A DNA stretch of 55,725 nt from Candidatus Hodarchaeota archaeon. GTDB lineage: Archaea > Asgardarchaeota > Heimdallarchaeia > Hodarchaeales > Hodarchaeaceae. Under the pieces are notes generated by a model, which did not search any database, was not told the DNA's origin, and saw only the letters and a list, made by a program, of their open reading frames with translations. The position numbers were made by a program, and so were the translations under genes. Each line of letters starts with the position of its first letter. Positions within the stretch are counted from its first letter, which is position 1. Below are positions 29,709 through 39,335 of this stretch, piece by piece. The DNA lies in the NCBI GenBank assembly GCA_029856365.1, contig JAHQWW010000013.1:1-55725 (forward strand), given 5' to 3'.

Positions 29709-30176
29709 TCAAAAGAAGCCTTGTGACCATGGTCTTAGGCTCCACTGGTGATGGATATCACTTTTTGTTAATTGAACCTGACCCTTATCTGTAATTAAAG
29801 TTAAGAATTCCAATGCCTTTTGGATATCATCGATTTCGTGAGATATTTTCTGTGCTAATTCTGGAACACTTTGACTACTTTCATGGAGAATTTCAATAAT
29901 TTTCGCTAATGCTTTGATATATTTGAAGCGAAATTCCTTTGGGGGAGGAGCAGAAGCTTCTTTTTTCGTGATTATTTTCCATTTCCCATCCAGATCGGAT
30001 ATTATTTTCCCAAAAGAAGTTAGATACTGAAGCATCCATGCTATTTCACTCACGTCAGGAACACAAACTCTGACAATTTTCGCAATCTGTAACGATGAGA
30101 GTGACTCTTCACTTTCTAAAGCTTCAAGGATACTCAACATCCATTTAAATGGAAATTTTTCTTTTTCGATAATCAT
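29709..30176 (-). CDS. Tandem winged-helix protein
   Basis: Two internal repeats: FKW..ILEAL..S..QIA..L..LT.FGKI and FKY..IIEIL..S..ELA..L..IT.KGQV. Confidence 0.6.
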   Translation of the reverse strand: MIIEKEKFPFKWMLSILEALESEESLSSLQIAKIVRVCVPDVSEIAWMLQYLTSFGKIISDLDGKWKIITKKEASAPPPKEFRFKYIKALAKIIEILHESSQSVPELAQKISHEIDDIQKALEFLTLITDKGQVQLTKSDIHHQWSLRPWSQGFF

Positions 30177-30195
30177 TGGGGGTCAAACCACATTA

Positions 30196-31014
30196 CTATT
30201 CTAATGATATTTCAGGTATTGAGGGACGATAGCCCTCTAAGTCCAATGTAACATAAGAATACCCTAAAGCTCGTAATTCCTTTACAATTTGATTAAATAT
30301 GTTTTTTTCTAAAAGAGTAGGGAAGTCTTTTTGATTGATTTCTATTCGAGCAATAGTATCATGGTCACGAAGTCGTATTTGGCTGGAAAATCCAAATCTA
30401 CGCAATATTTTCTCTCCTTGCTCTACCCTATTTAGTTTTTCTTGAGTTATCTTTTCACCATAAGGAATACGAGACGCAAGACATGCCATCGCAGGCTTTT
30501 TTGCTATTGGTAGTTTAAAATATGTAGCTATCTGTCTTACTTCCTCCTTGGTTATATTCCCTTGTAATAATGGACTCTTAACTCCCAATTTTTCGAGAGC
30601 TTTCAAACCAGGTCTATGCCCTTTAATGTCAGAGGCATTAGTACCGTCAATCACAATATTATATCCGTAACGCTTAGCATAATCCAATAAATGAGAAAAA
30701 ACAAGCAATTTGCAATGGAAACAGCGATCTGGGGGATTTTCCCAAAGATGTGTTTCAGGTTCAAGAGAGAGATGAATGATTTCATGAGGAATTTTCAAAT
30801 ATTGGGCAATGGTTTTAGCTTCCTCGACTTCTGAGCTGGAAATCCATTCAGAAATAACTGTAACTAGCTTAATCTTATCACACACTTTTTGAAAGAGTGT
30901 TGCCACTACAGTACTATCTACTCCACCAGAAAAAGCGATAATCCCTGACTTCCCCTCAAAAGGTTCTAAAAGGTCATGAATTTTTTTTTCTAAATTCCTC
31001 TCCATATTATTCAA
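30196..31014 (-). CDS. larE: LarE-family ATP-dependent sulfur transferase
   Basis: PP-loop AFSGGVDS, RCFHCK, DGTN..D...RPG, CLASRIPYG, RLR.H...ARIE, VTLDLEGYR. Confidence 0.9.
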   Translation of the reverse strand: MNNMERNLEKKIHDLLEPFEGKSGIIAFSGGVDSTVVATLFQKVCDKIKLVTVISEWISSSEVEEAKTIAQYLKIPHEIIHLSLEPETHLWENPPDRCFHCKLLVFSHLLDYAKRYGYNIVIDGTNASDIKGHRPGLKALEKLGVKSPLLQGNITKEEVRQIATYFKLPIAKKPAMACLASRIPYGEKITQEKLNRVEQGEKILRRFGFSSQIRLRDHDTIARIEINQKDFPTLLEKNIFNQIVKELRALGYSYVTLDLEGYRPSIPEISLE

Positions 31015-31025
31015 CTCTTCTCATA

Positions 31026-32087
31026 TTATTCGTTAACTCTAAAAACTCCTGGAACAGTACAAACTATGTACGTATTTGCACCCTCCTGTTGAATAGCTCG
31101 GCTCACCTCTTCTTCACGGCCAGGGCAGAGAGCAATCATACATCCACCATTCCCAGATCCTGTAATTTTACAACCCAAGGCACCAGCTTCCATTGCTGCT
31201 TTAATCATGGCCTCAATTTTCGGAGTACTCACATTCAAATGGTCTCGGAGAGAAGCATGGTGTCGATTCATTAAGGTTCCAATGTATTCCTTGTTCCAAG
31301 TGGATTTTTGAAGCTCTAAATGAGCTTTTCTTGTCAGTTCGTAGTTAATGACAGCTGATTTTAACGTATTAAGAGAAAACTCATCTAATTGCCCTTTAAT
31401 AGGATTTAATTCCTTAACATCATTAATCGTTAACTCTCGTACCTTTGTTACTTGTAAATATTCTAGACAATTCCTCACCCCACTTTTAATAGTTTCTAAT
31501 GTAGTAAGAGTATCTTTCTTCTCTAAAGAATTTCCTATAACAATTCCAGGTAATTCAGTTAAGAGCTGAGTACACCTTATTGGATCAAATTCCTCAAAGT
31601 TCACATAACCATGAGTGATCACCATGTGGTCTTGCATCCCGCCAGGTTCATTAAATTCTAGGACTTCAGCTTGATGGGCGAATTTGGTGATTTCCATTGG
31701 GGTCAACGGATTATTAAACAGTTCAGCTAGAAATGAAATCCAAATTACGCATAAAGCACTAGAAGAGGACAGGCCTGCCTGCATAGGAATGTCACTTGTA
31801 ATTCGTGCAAAAACACCCTGACCATGAGGAATAATCTCATTTTCTTGTAAAACTTTCACTCCAGAGCGTAAATAATCACGAGGTAATTTGTAGCGAATAT
31901 TAGTAGCAAAAAAGGACTGAGTATCTTTTATATCTGGCAACTCTATATGGTATTTACTTGAATTAGCTTTTTCCCCAGTTATAGTCATATATAAATTTAC
32001 CGCAGCAGGAATAACTGGGAGTCCCAAGTAATCTTGGTGTTCTCCAAATAATACAATTCTTCCAGGCGCCTTCATGGTTAAAATCAT
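31026..32087 (-). CDS. GHMP kinase, galactokinase-like
   Basis: APGRIVLFGEHQDY, IPMQAGLSSSSA, GCKITGSGNGG. Confidence 0.85.
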   Translation of the reverse strand: MILTMKAPGRIVLFGEHQDYLGLPVIPAAVNLYMTITGEKANSSKYHIELPDIKDTQSFFATNIRYKLPRDYLRSGVKVLQENEIIPHGQGVFARITSDIPMQAGLSSSSALCVIWISFLAELFNNPLTPMEITKFAHQAEVLEFNEPGGMQDHMVITHGYVNFEEFDPIRCTQLLTELPGIVIGNSLEKKDTLTTLETIKSGVRNCLEYLQVTKVRELTINDVKELNPIKGQLDEFSLNTLKSAVINYELTRKAHLELQKSTWNKEYIGTLMNRHHASLRDHLNVSTPKIEAMIKAAMEAGALGCKITGSGNGGCMIALCPGREEEVSRAIQQEGANTYIVCTVPGVFRVNE

Positions 32088-32333
32088 TTATTTTCTCACT
32101 CGTATTGGACTTTCTCATTCATTGTTTATTTTTTATCTAATTATTTCATTATCAACTACTTCTATAAATGAAAGATTTTATGAAATTACAAATTGCCTCT
32201 CCTTTTACTAAAGGACATAAACTGATTAATGTCGGGTGTATTCGAAAGAAAATGAATAAAGTCGGCGTATTTTGTTAATTATGTGATTAGCAATTAAACG
32301 TATCTCTTTAGTAGTACCTACTTTCTTGTCTTC

Positions 32334-32349
32334 GGAAGAATATTTATAT
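32334..32349 (+). promoter_or_regulatory. Candidate archaeal BRE + TATA box for the 32417 gene
   Basis: Purine-rich GGAAGAA followed by TTTATAT at 32343-32349, about 70 bp upstream of the ATG. Confidence 0.35.
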
Positions 32350-32416
32350 GAAGTGGGAAAACGAAAAATCCCGTCTTATTTACGTTGTATACATCAAACC
32401 ACATTGAGATCTACCC

Positions 32417-32812
32417 ATGCAAGCCGATTTTATTAACAAACCGCTGAAAGATCTAGCTTTAACGGTATTTGAGGCCTTAGAGTTTGTCACCCTCCACCCT
32501 ATGCAAGTACTCAAACATCCGCTGGCTGATTCACGCTTATCTTACGTTGTAAAACGCTTAAAACAAAACCCATCGCAGAAATCAGAATTAATCGGAGTTA
32601 TAATTCGAGATTGGAAACGAGTTGTCGGTGTTGGTCAAATCCACAAAGCAGAGGAGCTTCTTAAGGCTTGTCCTAAACTTTCTCGTGTTCTAATAATCTC
32701 TTCAATGGGATTTTCATACTCAGCCACGCGCCTTGCAGAAAAAATAGGAATTGGTTTGATGTCACGTGGTGAATTAGTATCCCTGTTACAAAAACGGGTG
32801 GAAGCCCTTTAA
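32417..32812 (+). CDS. Stand-alone Mrr-cat/REase-fold protein, paralogue 1
   Basis: IGVIIRDWKRVVGVGQI...VLIISSMGFSYSATRLAEKIGIGLMSRGEL matches the C-terminal half of the Mrr_cat fold. Confidence 0.65.
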   Translation: MQADFINKPLKDLALTVFEALEFVTLHPMQVLKHPLADSRLSYVVKRLKQNPSQKSELIGVIIRDWKRVVGVGQIHKAEELLKACPKLSRVLIISSMGFSYSATRLAEKIGIGLMSRGELVSLLQKRVEAL

Positions 32813-33122
32813 TGAAGCTATGAACTGAAGTCGTGGCGGATGATTTTTCTGCAGAAACCAATTTTGCAGAATATCATATTTTATTTTTGTTACAATTCAT
32901 AGAAATTGGTCAAATGACAATCCAAAAGAAATAAACTGTTCAAGATTATTTATGTCGGCATGTTCGGGGAATTATTGTTTTATGCCGTTATGATTCCTCT
33001 TTTCCTTATTAGAATTTATCTTATTTAGCAATTCATTGCTTTTATCTTATTTAGGTATTACGGGAAATTATAAACTTCGATTACTTGTTAATACTAAACA
33101 TAACCCGATCAGTGATTGTATC

Positions 33123-33497
33123 ATGTACACTAAATCACTTCTTGATCTTGTAGTAACAGCTTTTGAAACAATTGGTTTTGTCACACACCATCCAATGCAA
33201 ATATTAAAACATCCTCTAGCCGATTCACGACTATCCTATATTTTAACGCGAGTAGAATCAAAATCAGAGTACATTGGAGTTATTGTCTGTGATTGGAAAC
33301 GAATCGTTGGGATTGGACAGATCTGTAAAACAGAAGAACTACTCCACGCGTGTCCTGAGCTTAATCAAGTTTTAATCATCTCCTCTATGGGATTCTCACG
33401 CGCAGCTTTACTTATTGCAGAGAAGAGGAGAAAAATTGGGTTAATTTCTAAAAAAGAATTAATCTCATTAATGTTAAAACACCTGGAAATTTCATAA
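33123..33497 (+). CDS. Stand-alone Mrr-cat/REase-fold protein, paralogue 2
   Basis: Shares HPMQ.LKHPLADSRLSY, DWKR.VG.GQI.K.EELL.ACP.L and VLIISSMGFS with paralogue 1. Start moved to the ATG at 33123. Confidence 0.65.
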   Translation: MYTKSLLDLVVTAFETIGFVTHHPMQILKHPLADSRLSYILTRVESKSEYIGVIVCDWKRIVGIGQICKTEELLHACPELNQVLIISSMGFSRAALLIAEKRRKIGLISKKELISLMLKHLEIS

Positions 33498-33520
33498 CTC
33501 AATTGAAACAATTTCTATTA

Positions 33521-34861
33521 TTAAAAAATAGTTTTAGAGATTGGAGATGCAATTTCTTCAAGAGTATCTTGGGTTTGACGAATATGTTGGGCCGTATGTA
33601 CAAATGAAAAAGCTCCTATACCGTGCATTCCACTAATATACCTATTCAATAATGCTAATTGTAACAAGGCTTCCCGCTTTTTATCTGTCAAATGAACAAT
33701 ATTATACGGGGATGGATTTTCAACATATTTTGACAAAGCATGGATCGTAATAAAGGATTTATAACCTGTAGCAATGAAGTTTAATCTCTCATTAGTGAAA
33801 AATTTATTCATTTCTGTCAAAAACTTCGTACCAGCATTATTGGTACGATTGTATTCTAAATTAGACTTCTTTAGGATTTCTAAGGTTTTTAAACCAGCTG
33901 CCATACTAAGTGGATGTGCTGAAAACGTACCTCCTCCAGTCCAGACGCGATTATTCAACTCTGGGTTTGCCTGTTCCATTATCTCTCTCTTCCCCCCTAC
34001 TACCCCAATGGACAAACCTCCTCCGACAATTTTGCCCATTGTAGTCATATCTGGTAAAACTTTCAGTTGATTCTGGAATAACCCATAAGAAAATCTATAT
34101 CCAGTAATAATTTCATCAAAGATTAGTAGAATATCTAGCTTCTCAGTCAATTCTCTAATCATTTTTAAAAACTCAAGACTTACTGGAAAACCTCCTCCAC
34201 CACCTAATACTGGTTCAATGATAACTGCTGCTAAATCATGAGCATTCTCTTGAATTAAGTCCTTTGTTGTTTTATCATTCACCTCAAATGTCATGATTCC
34301 AGCTTGGTCATCTGGAAGAATTCCACGACCTTCTTTACCAAGAAATGGTGCTTTAACATTATATAAAAGCGTATCTGCATAGCCATGCCATCCCATCTTC
34401 GCTTTTGCTATTAATGATTTACCTGTATATGCACGGGCTAAACGAGTGGCATACATGGTTGATTCAGTACCACTAGAGCTAAACCTGACCTCCTCAAGGC
34501 TTGGATTATCATTAGTGAGGGTTTCTGCTAACTTAACTTGATCTTCAGTCACAGTTCCAAAATGCCATCCCTCCTCTAATTTTTCCTTGATAGTCTGTTG
34601 AACAGCGGGATGATTGTGACCAAGAAGCATCGAATAATGCCCTTGCCAGTAATCAATGTATTTAAAATTGTCAATATCTATTAAATAGGCATCCTGTCCA
34701 GTTTTGATAAATACAGGAAAGGCTCCTATTGATGGAAGACCCAAATTTCGGATATTATGCGAAACTCCCCCTGGAATCTGTTTTACGGATCTTTTCCATA
34801 ACTCCTCGGATCGTGGCCTTGCGTTGATGAAATTAGTAAGCTCTTCTTTATAGAAATTCAC
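33521..34861 (-). CDS. Class III PLP aminotransferase, glutamate-1-semialdehyde aminomutase-like
   Basis: IPGGVS, YIDY...LLGH, SGTESTM.A.RLARAYTG, FDEIITGYR, MGKIVGGG, GGTFSAHP. Too divergent to call hemL. Confidence 0.85.
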   Translation of the reverse strand: MNFYKEELTNFINARPRSEELWKRSVKQIPGGVSHNIRNLGLPSIGAFPVFIKTGQDAYLIDIDNFKYIDYWQGHYSMLLGHNHPAVQQTIKEKLEEGWHFGTVTEDQVKLAETLTNDNPSLEEVRFSSSGTESTMYATRLARAYTGKSLIAKAKMGWHGYADTLLYNVKAPFLGKEGRGILPDDQAGIMTFEVNDKTTKDLIQENAHDLAAVIIEPVLGGGGGFPVSLEFLKMIRELTEKLDILLIFDEIITGYRFSYGLFQNQLKVLPDMTTMGKIVGGGLSIGVVGGKREIMEQANPELNNRVWTGGGTFSAHPLSMAAGLKTLEILKKSNLEYNRTNNAGTKFLTEMNKFFTNERLNFIATGYKSFITIHALSKYVENPSPYNIVHLTDKKREALLQLALLNRYISGMHGIGAFSFVHTAQHIRQTQDTLEEIASPISKTIF

Positions 34862-34941
34862 AAAGAACCCTCATGCTTTAACAATGAGAAATCATTTTTG
34901 TATTTTTATTATGAAAAAAACGAAAAAAGATGAGAAATCCT

Positions 34942-36369
34942 TCATAATCTCTGAAAAAACTCTTTTTGTTCAAGTTCTCTGAGTTTGGGGAGTAAATTGT
35001 AAAATACAATTTGTTCAAGATCATCACGAAAGGTTCCAAAATCCTCGTCGTCCATGAAAGGGTCTTGAAGTTTTGATCGAACTTTTAAGGCAGGTTCTTC
35101 TCCTCTCAAATTCCAAAAAATTCGTAATCGATTGTCAGTCAGATGATACATTGAATCAGATAACTTAATTTTCCTACTAACAATACCCGTTGGCCACCTG
35201 GCAAAAACCAAATAAGCTCCCAAAAACAGTAGAAGTGGAATCAGTACAAACCGCACAATTTCATGTGTTATTAAACCACTGTTAGAAATACTAAGGAAAG
35301 AAATTGCGGCTAATAATATTGAGATTATAAGGATAAGAAATCCAAATAAGACTGTAAACCAATCATTAAATCCTCCGTTGGGTCTGAAGCTGTGCCAAAA
35401 ATTTGGGATCTCGAAACGTGGTTTTTGATGCTTTGTTACAGCATTTTTCTTTTTTAACTGCTCATATGACATTGTCTCGGCGATATAATGAAAATTATCA
35501 TATCTAACTTTCTCTAACTTCCATTCATCGCTCCTCCCTCGAATATAAATGAAAAAAGGAGCCCAATCCATGTCATGGGTGGCGTGGGTAAAGGAAGGGG
35601 GTTCCCACTTCCAAAGAATCAGAGCAAAAATAGCTGCTGCAAAGAAAAGCATACTAATCCACGATATCTTCAAGGTCTCTTTTAAAATAGGTTCAATTAT
35701 CTCCTCACCTGGAATTGAAGGGTGCCAAGCCTCTGCTCCCTCAATTAGCTCTTCTTTTTGTGAACCTTTACTAATATAAATCTCCCCTAAGAGCATCCAA
35801 AATATCATTCCAAAAATGATGAAGAGCTGCCCGTTACTAAAAAAGTATGTTCCTTTGGTTAATCCTTTTAATGCCGCATATAACGATCTGGCGCCTAAAA
35901 AAAAGAAAATTCCACCAATAAGTACTACCGAAAGAATTGCATGGCTAAAAGAGAGATAAGAGTATATTAATGTTCCCAACAATCCAAGCACGAATAAGGG
36001 AAGAACCGTCATCCACAAAGAAATAAAGAAACGCTGTTTGGTCCAGACATAGATCCATTGGATGCACCTTAAATCATCTTCCTCGGTACTTTCCAGAATC
36101 CGAAAATAAGAACCTCCCCAAGCTTTAGATTTGCGTTCTGACCGTAACTCAATTCCTGACAGTTGGATTTCAGGCATAAATTGTTTGACCAAGTTGGAAT
36201 CTCTTTCTGTTACATCTACAGCGTCCAAAGGCATCATGAAACCTTTTTTTCTCAATCCTGCTTTTTCAATCTGTTTTCTCAGCGATTCAGTTTGCCATTT
36301 CTCTTCTACAGTCTCCTCAACAACTGTTTTCAAATCTACTATTTTTCCTTGTAAAGCAATATCTGTCAT
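34942..36369 (-). CDS. Multi-pass membrane protein with interrupted Vps62/NPP1-like motifs
   Basis: About six hydrophobic helices. Soluble motifs FMPEI.L, IQWIYVW, HDMDW, YDNFH, NFWHS and DPF. Confidence 0.6.
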   Translation of the reverse strand: MTDIALQGKIVDLKTVVEETVEEKWQTESLRKQIEKAGLRKKGFMMPLDAVDVTERDSNLVKQFMPEIQLSGIELRSERKSKAWGGSYFRILESTEEDDLRCIQWIYVWTKQRFFISLWMTVLPLFVLGLLGTLIYSYLSFSHAILSVVLIGGIFFFLGARSLYAALKGLTKGTYFFSNGQLFIIFGMIFWMLLGEIYISKGSQKEELIEGAEAWHPSIPGEEIIEPILKETLKISWISMLFFAAAIFALILWKWEPPSFTHATHDMDWAPFFIYIRGRSDEWKLEKVRYDNFHYIAETMSYEQLKKKNAVTKHQKPRFEIPNFWHSFRPNGGFNDWFTVLFGFLILIISILLAAISFLSISNSGLITHEIVRFVLIPLLLFLGAYLVFARWPTGIVSRKIKLSDSMYHLTDNRLRIFWNLRGEEPALKVRSKLQDPFMDDEDFGTFRDDLEQIVFYNLLPKLRELEQKEFFQRL

Positions 36370-36625
36370 AGTATCACCGACAATAAATATTATATTAACA
36401 GTACACGTTTTGTAATAGATATATGTATTAGCTGTAGCTTTAAAAACTTGTTTTTTTCAAGAGTGAGATCGATTTTAAACAATCAAGATTTGTCTTAACA
36501 ATTACATACTTCTAGAGTGAAATAAAAACATTAGATTCAGTAACTCTAAAAATTGAAAACACGAAATCGAACTTTTTATCATCAAGATTAGTATGAATAT
36601 TTCATAATTGCGGATGGTAATTGCA

Positions 36626-37909
36626 ATGGAACTATTACTCAAAGATGTTTTGATCATCCCTGAACCTGACACAGCACAGATTTTTCGTGCAAATATCGTA
36701 ATAGAGGACAATATCATAAGTACTATTGCACCTAATGCGCAAATACCTGATCCTGAATTCATTATTAGGGGAAAATCCCTTGTTGTTCTTCCCCCTCCAA
36801 TTAACAGTCATTCACATCTTCCGATGACGCTATTAAGAGGATTTTCTGATAATAAAACATTAATGGCATGGCTCCAGGATATCTGGGAGATAGAAGGAAA
36901 ATTTAATGCCAGATGGATAACATTGGGTACGAAATTAGCTTGTCTCGAAATGATCAAAGCTGGAATAGGAGGGGCTGCAGATTTTTATTTTCATGAGAGT
37001 TTAATAGGTAAAGTGATGCAAGAGGCAGGTATCAGAGGATGGCTTGGTGCAGGGATTTTACCCAGCGCTTTTGTTGATCAAGGAGGATATGAATTTCAAT
37101 TAGGTGAATTTAATAGAATAATTGAGTATAGTAAACGATCTCCTCTTATCTATGCAGCAATAGCTCCACATAGTCAAATGACTGTACCAGAGGAGATTAT
37201 TTTAAAAACAGCAGACCTCGCAGAAAGTCATCAAGTTCCCCTCATGATTCATTCTTCTGAAACACGGAAAGAAGTTTTGGACTCAGAGGACAGATATGGC
37301 GTCCCTCCTGTAGAGAGACTTGAGCAAATTGGATTCTTCAGAGAAGATACAAAGGAAATATTGGCCCATTGTACTTGGATTACCCAAAGAGAAGTTGAAA
37401 TATTAGGAAAACATCAAGTAACTGTTGGATGGTGTCCTGTGTCCTCCCAAAAATTAGCTTATGGGGGAGTCACCCCTGTACCAGAACTACGTACTGCTGG
37501 TGCTTTAGTTGCTCTTGGTACGGATGGAGCTGCTTCCAATAATACCTTAGACCTGTGGCGTGAAATGCGGGAGGCTTCAAATGTTATTTCTGCTTCAAGA
37601 TGGGATCCAGCTCTATATCCAGCTGAACAGGTGCTTGAAGATACTTGTTGGTCTTTCAGACGAAATTTTCATCCTGACTCATTAATTAAAGTTGATAATC
37701 AAGCTGATCTCGTTATTCTTAATTTTCAAGTACCTCATCTTAAACCTATGCATAATATCATTTCTAACATTATTTATGCTGCCAATGGGAGTGATGTACA
37801 CTCCTTAATAGTGAACGGAACTTTATTAATGCATAATCGCAAGGTTTTAACCCTTAATGAAACAGAGATCATTGATGAAATAGAAGAAAATGTAAAAGAA
37901 CTTGTATAA
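36626..37909 (+). CDS. Metal-dependent amidohydrolase, MTA/SAH deaminase-like
   Basis: NSHSH, APHS, IHSSET, AHC, LGTDGAASNN.LD. Start at the ATG 36626 preferred. Confidence 0.85.
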   Translation: MELLLKDVLIIPEPDTAQIFRANIVIEDNIISTIAPNAQIPDPEFIIRGKSLVVLPPPINSHSHLPMTLLRGFSDNKTLMAWLQDIWEIEGKFNARWITLGTKLACLEMIKAGIGGAADFYFHESLIGKVMQEAGIRGWLGAGILPSAFVDQGGYEFQLGEFNRIIEYSKRSPLIYAAIAPHSQMTVPEEIILKTADLAESHQVPLMIHSSETRKEVLDSEDRYGVPPVERLEQIGFFREDTKEILAHCTWITQREVEILGKHQVTVGWCPVSSQKLAYGGVTPVPELRTAGALVALGTDGAASNNTLDLWREMREASNVISASRWDPALYPAEQVLEDTCWSFRRNFHPDSLIKVDNQADLVILNFQVPHLKPMHNIISNIIYAANGSDVHSLIVNGTLLMHNRKVLTLNETEIIDEIEENVKELV

Positions 37910-38045
37910 TATTGAACGAAGAATAAATAACCAATTTTTTTCTAAATATTTCAGATAAATTTAGCCAAATCCATTCTATTGTAGTCATTAAGAGAAATAA
38001 ATTTGTAAATACCTATATATTGTTGATAAAAGGAGTTATCTCGAA

Positions 38046-39320
38046 ATGTTCAATATGCTCGAAATCAGGTTTGTGGACATTCACGGAACATTAAAAGCCA
38101 TGAATCTTCCAATCGCAGCTGAAGAAATTAGTACCGCAATTACCGATCCTGTTTTCTCGGAAGGGATAAACATTGATGGCAGTTCCGTTGCAGGTTTTAC
38201 CACATTAGAGAGCTCTGACTTACACTTATCACCTGTCACAGATAGTTTATTCGAATTACCTTACACAGAAGAACCTAAATTAGCAGTCATGTGTGAAATC
38301 CGTCAAGATGGAAATATTTTCGCTGGAGATACCCGTTCTCAATTACGGAATATAATTAAGAAGTATTTAACTACGAAAGGATTATCCCTTAAAGTTGGGC
38401 CAGAACCTGAATTCTACCTTTTCAAAGATAATGTCCCTGTCGACCAAGGAAAATATGCAGATATCTTTCCTAATGCAATCTTAGAAGGGATGGTTAAAAG
38501 ATTCTCTCAATACTTAACAAAAGCCCTGATCAAACCCAAAGTTCACCATCATGAAGTAGGACCAGGTCAGTATGAAATAGAAATCGGATACGAAGAAGCT
38601 CTTCGAATAGCTGACATTATAGTCACTTATAAAGCAATTATCAGAGCATTAGCAGCAAAATTAGAATATACAGCTACATTTATGCCCAAACCCTTTATTG
38701 ATGAAGCAGGAAATGGGATGCACTGTCATATTTCGTTATGGGAAGGCACCAAAAACCTTTTTTCGGCTTCTGAATCAAACAAGGTTTCATCATTAGCTGA
38801 ACATTTCATGGCTGGGATTTTAGAGCACGCCCAAGCAATGACAGTGTTGGTAGCACCAACTGTAAACTCCTATAAGAGATTAGTTCCAGGTTATGAAGCA
38901 CCAGTTTATGTCGCTTGGGGACCTCTAAATCGTTCCGCATTAATTCGTGTTCCAATGTTTAATAATTCTAAGCTTGCACGTTTTGAATACCGTTGTCCTG
39001 ATCCGAGTTGTAATCCATATCTTGCTCTTATTTCCATTGTCGCTGCAGGAATGGATGGGGTCGAACGTGAACTTGAACTCCCCCCACCAGTCAAAAAGAA
39101 TATTTACAAATTATCATCAAAGGAAAGACATGAATTAAATATAAGAACTCTTCCTGGAAACCTTTTTGAAGCTCTTTCTTTTCTTGAAAAGGATAAACTT
39201 TTGTGTGACGCTCTTGGTGATCATATCTGCAAAAACTTTTTCCAGTTGAAGAAAGAAGAATGGCTTCAATATTCCACACAGGTCACAGATTGGGATTGGA
39301 AACGTTATTTTGATGTATAA
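38046..39320 (+). CDS. glnA: Glutamine synthetase type I family protein, paralogue A
   Basis: IDGSS, GPEPEFYLF, HHEVGPGQYE, FMPKP...GNGMH, PGYEAP, NRSALIR, EYR.PD...NPY. Confidence 0.85.
   Translation: MFNMLEIRFVDIHGTLKAMNLPIAAEEISTAITDPVFSEGINIDGSSVAGFTTLESSDLHLSPVTDSLFELPYTEEPKLAVMCEIRQDGNIFAGDTRSQLRNIIKKYLTTKGLSLKVGPEPEFYLFKDNVPVDQGKYADIFPNAILEGMVKRFSQYLTKALIKPKVHHHEVGPGQYEIEIGYEEALRIADIIVTYKAIIRALAAKLEYTATFMPKPFIDEAGNGMHCHISLWEGTKNLFSASESNKVSSLAEHFMAGILEHAQAMTVLVAPTVNSYKRLVPGYEAPVYVAWGPLNRSALIRVPMFNNSKLARFEYRCPDPSCNPYLALISIVAAGMDGVERELELPPPVKKNIYKLSSKERHELNIRTLPGNLFEALSFLEKDKLLCDALGDHICKNFFQLKKEEWLQYSTQVTDWDWKRYFDV
38679..38723 (+). repeat. Copy 1 of a 45-bp inverted repeat shared by the two glnA paralogues
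   Basis: 42 of 45 nt identical to the reverse complement of 39942-39986. Confidence 0.85.
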
Positions 39321-39335
39321 ACCCCTAAATAAATT

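Noticed and set aside
33521-34861. Assigning hemL
   Set aside because: It has GVSHNIR and GWHG instead of the usual GVNSPVR and GCYHG, and no tetrapyrrole genes nearby. Only the family is supported.
36502-36762. 86-aa minus-strand ORF
   Set aside because: It is antisense to the amidohydrolase start and its promoter region, with no coding evidence.
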